NCBI GenBank assembly: GCA_028534125.1
Contig: CM052845.1
Coordinates: forward strand, 24,552,001-24,616,000
Source: Lama glama
Taxonomy: Eukaryota
DNA: 64,000 nt
Reading direction: 5' to 3'
Part shown: one piece after another, positions 63,305 to 64,000 of the stretch
Layout: every line of letters starts with the position of its first letter
How positions within the stretch are numbered: position 1 is the first letter of the stretch
Program-made: the position numbers and the translations under genes
Notes under the pieces: generated by a model
Told to the model about the DNA's origin: nothing
The model's database searches: none
Seen by the model: the letters and a program-made list of their open reading frames with translations, nothing else

Positions 63305-63345
63305 CTCCTCCTGGCCGCTCTGACACCTGCCCACCATCTCTCAGC
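63305..63345 (-). pseudogene. Possible upstream exon relic
   Basis: Consensus donor GAG|gtaagt at 63305; acceptor uncertain. Confidence 0.35.
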
Positions 63346-63379
63346 TTGAAATGACTTCCTCCAATTCCAACATAAAAAC

Positions 63380-63675
63380 CCAGCTGCACTTCAAAGTCCG
63401 ATCAAAAGCTGCTCCCTCCGAGAAGCGGTCACTGATCCTTCAAACCCAGAGTAAACCAGCTTCACCACCAAGGTCCCCGTGGCACTGTGTCCACGGCTTC
63501 TCGGGAAGCTTTCTCGCTTGCCATGTAGTGACACCATTTATGTCTAGGACCATCTTCCCAGCTGGATCACAACCTCACTCAGCATAGGAATCATACTGTA
63601 ATTGTCTCTGTGTCTCCAGAACCTAGGAGCGTCCCTACCTGCAATACACAGTTAGTAAATGTTCATGAAATAAAC
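63380..63675 (+). mobile_element. L2 LINE 3' fragment
   Basis: ttcaaagtccgatcaaaagctgctccctccgagaagc...tgtgtctccagaacctagg...agtaaatgttcatgaa. Confidence 0.6.
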
Positions 63676-63894
63676 GCACAACTGTTTGAGCCTACACCCT
63701 TGTGGGGAACCTACTTATACAGAAAAAGCCACAGATGACAGAGTAAGGCAGCACGCAATGGCCACATGACTGTTTAACAGGCAGTCATAACTGCTGCCAA
63801 CCTGACTTTTAAGTTTTTGAAACATAGTTTCAACAGAATAATCCACAAGAAATGAAAGCATTACCACTTAAAAAGATATATCTATGTATTTATA

Positions 63895-64000
63895 TTGAAA
63901 TAGTACTGAAGAATGAAAAGACAAGCCACAGACTGAGAAAAGGTATTTGTAAGACACCTGCCTGCTAAAAGACGGTACACAAAGAATTCTGAAAACAATA
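63895..64000 (+). mobile_element. L1 ORF2 fragment, continues past the window
   Basis: aagaatgaaaagacaagccacagactgagaaaaggtatttg. Confidence 0.8.

Larger units (their letters stand above)
158..63345 (-). pseudogene. Decayed multi-exon gene encoding a multi-RGS-box (RGS22/RGSL1-like architecture) protein; probable unitary pseudogene, may extend beyond the window
   Basis: About 30 minus-strand segments with polypyrimidine-AG acceptors and GT donors; long runs of phase-compatible junctions; four RGS-like motif sets in the joined translation; more than 10 in-frame stops, frameshifts and an exonic LTR insertion. Confidence 0.75.

Noticed and set aside
158-63345. Assigning the symbol RGS22 or RGSL1
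   Set aside because: Only architecture and motif resemblance; the sequences do not match those proteins as recalled, so no symbol is given.

Overview
Mammalian nuclear DNA, GC/CpG-rich (subtelomeric-like), with a 500-N scaffold gap at 36255-36754. None of the supplied ORFs is a complete gene. The main signal is a chain of about 30 short and 2 large exon relics, all on the minus strand, running from ~63.3 kb down to 158. They are bounded by polypyrimidine-AG and GT sites, and most consecutive junctions are phase-compatible. The joined translation has four segments resembling RGS boxes, an architecture like RGS22/RGSL1, but it does not match those proteins as I recall them. It carries many premature stops and frameshifts, and an ERV1-type LTR sits inside a large exon whose reading frame rejoins when the LTR is removed. 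I interpret it as a long-dead unitary pseudogene of an unnamed multi-RGS-domain gene (inference by eye, no database search). The rest is transposon relics (a ~4.7 kb L1, older L1s, a twin-primed L1, MaLR/ERVL/ERV1 solo LTRs, MIR, L2, MER5-like), many with strong AT->GC drift, plus mini- and microsatellites. L1 3' ends look cetartiodactyl-type and no young SINEs are seen, tentatively suggesting a camelid. All repeat family names are from memory of consensus sequences.
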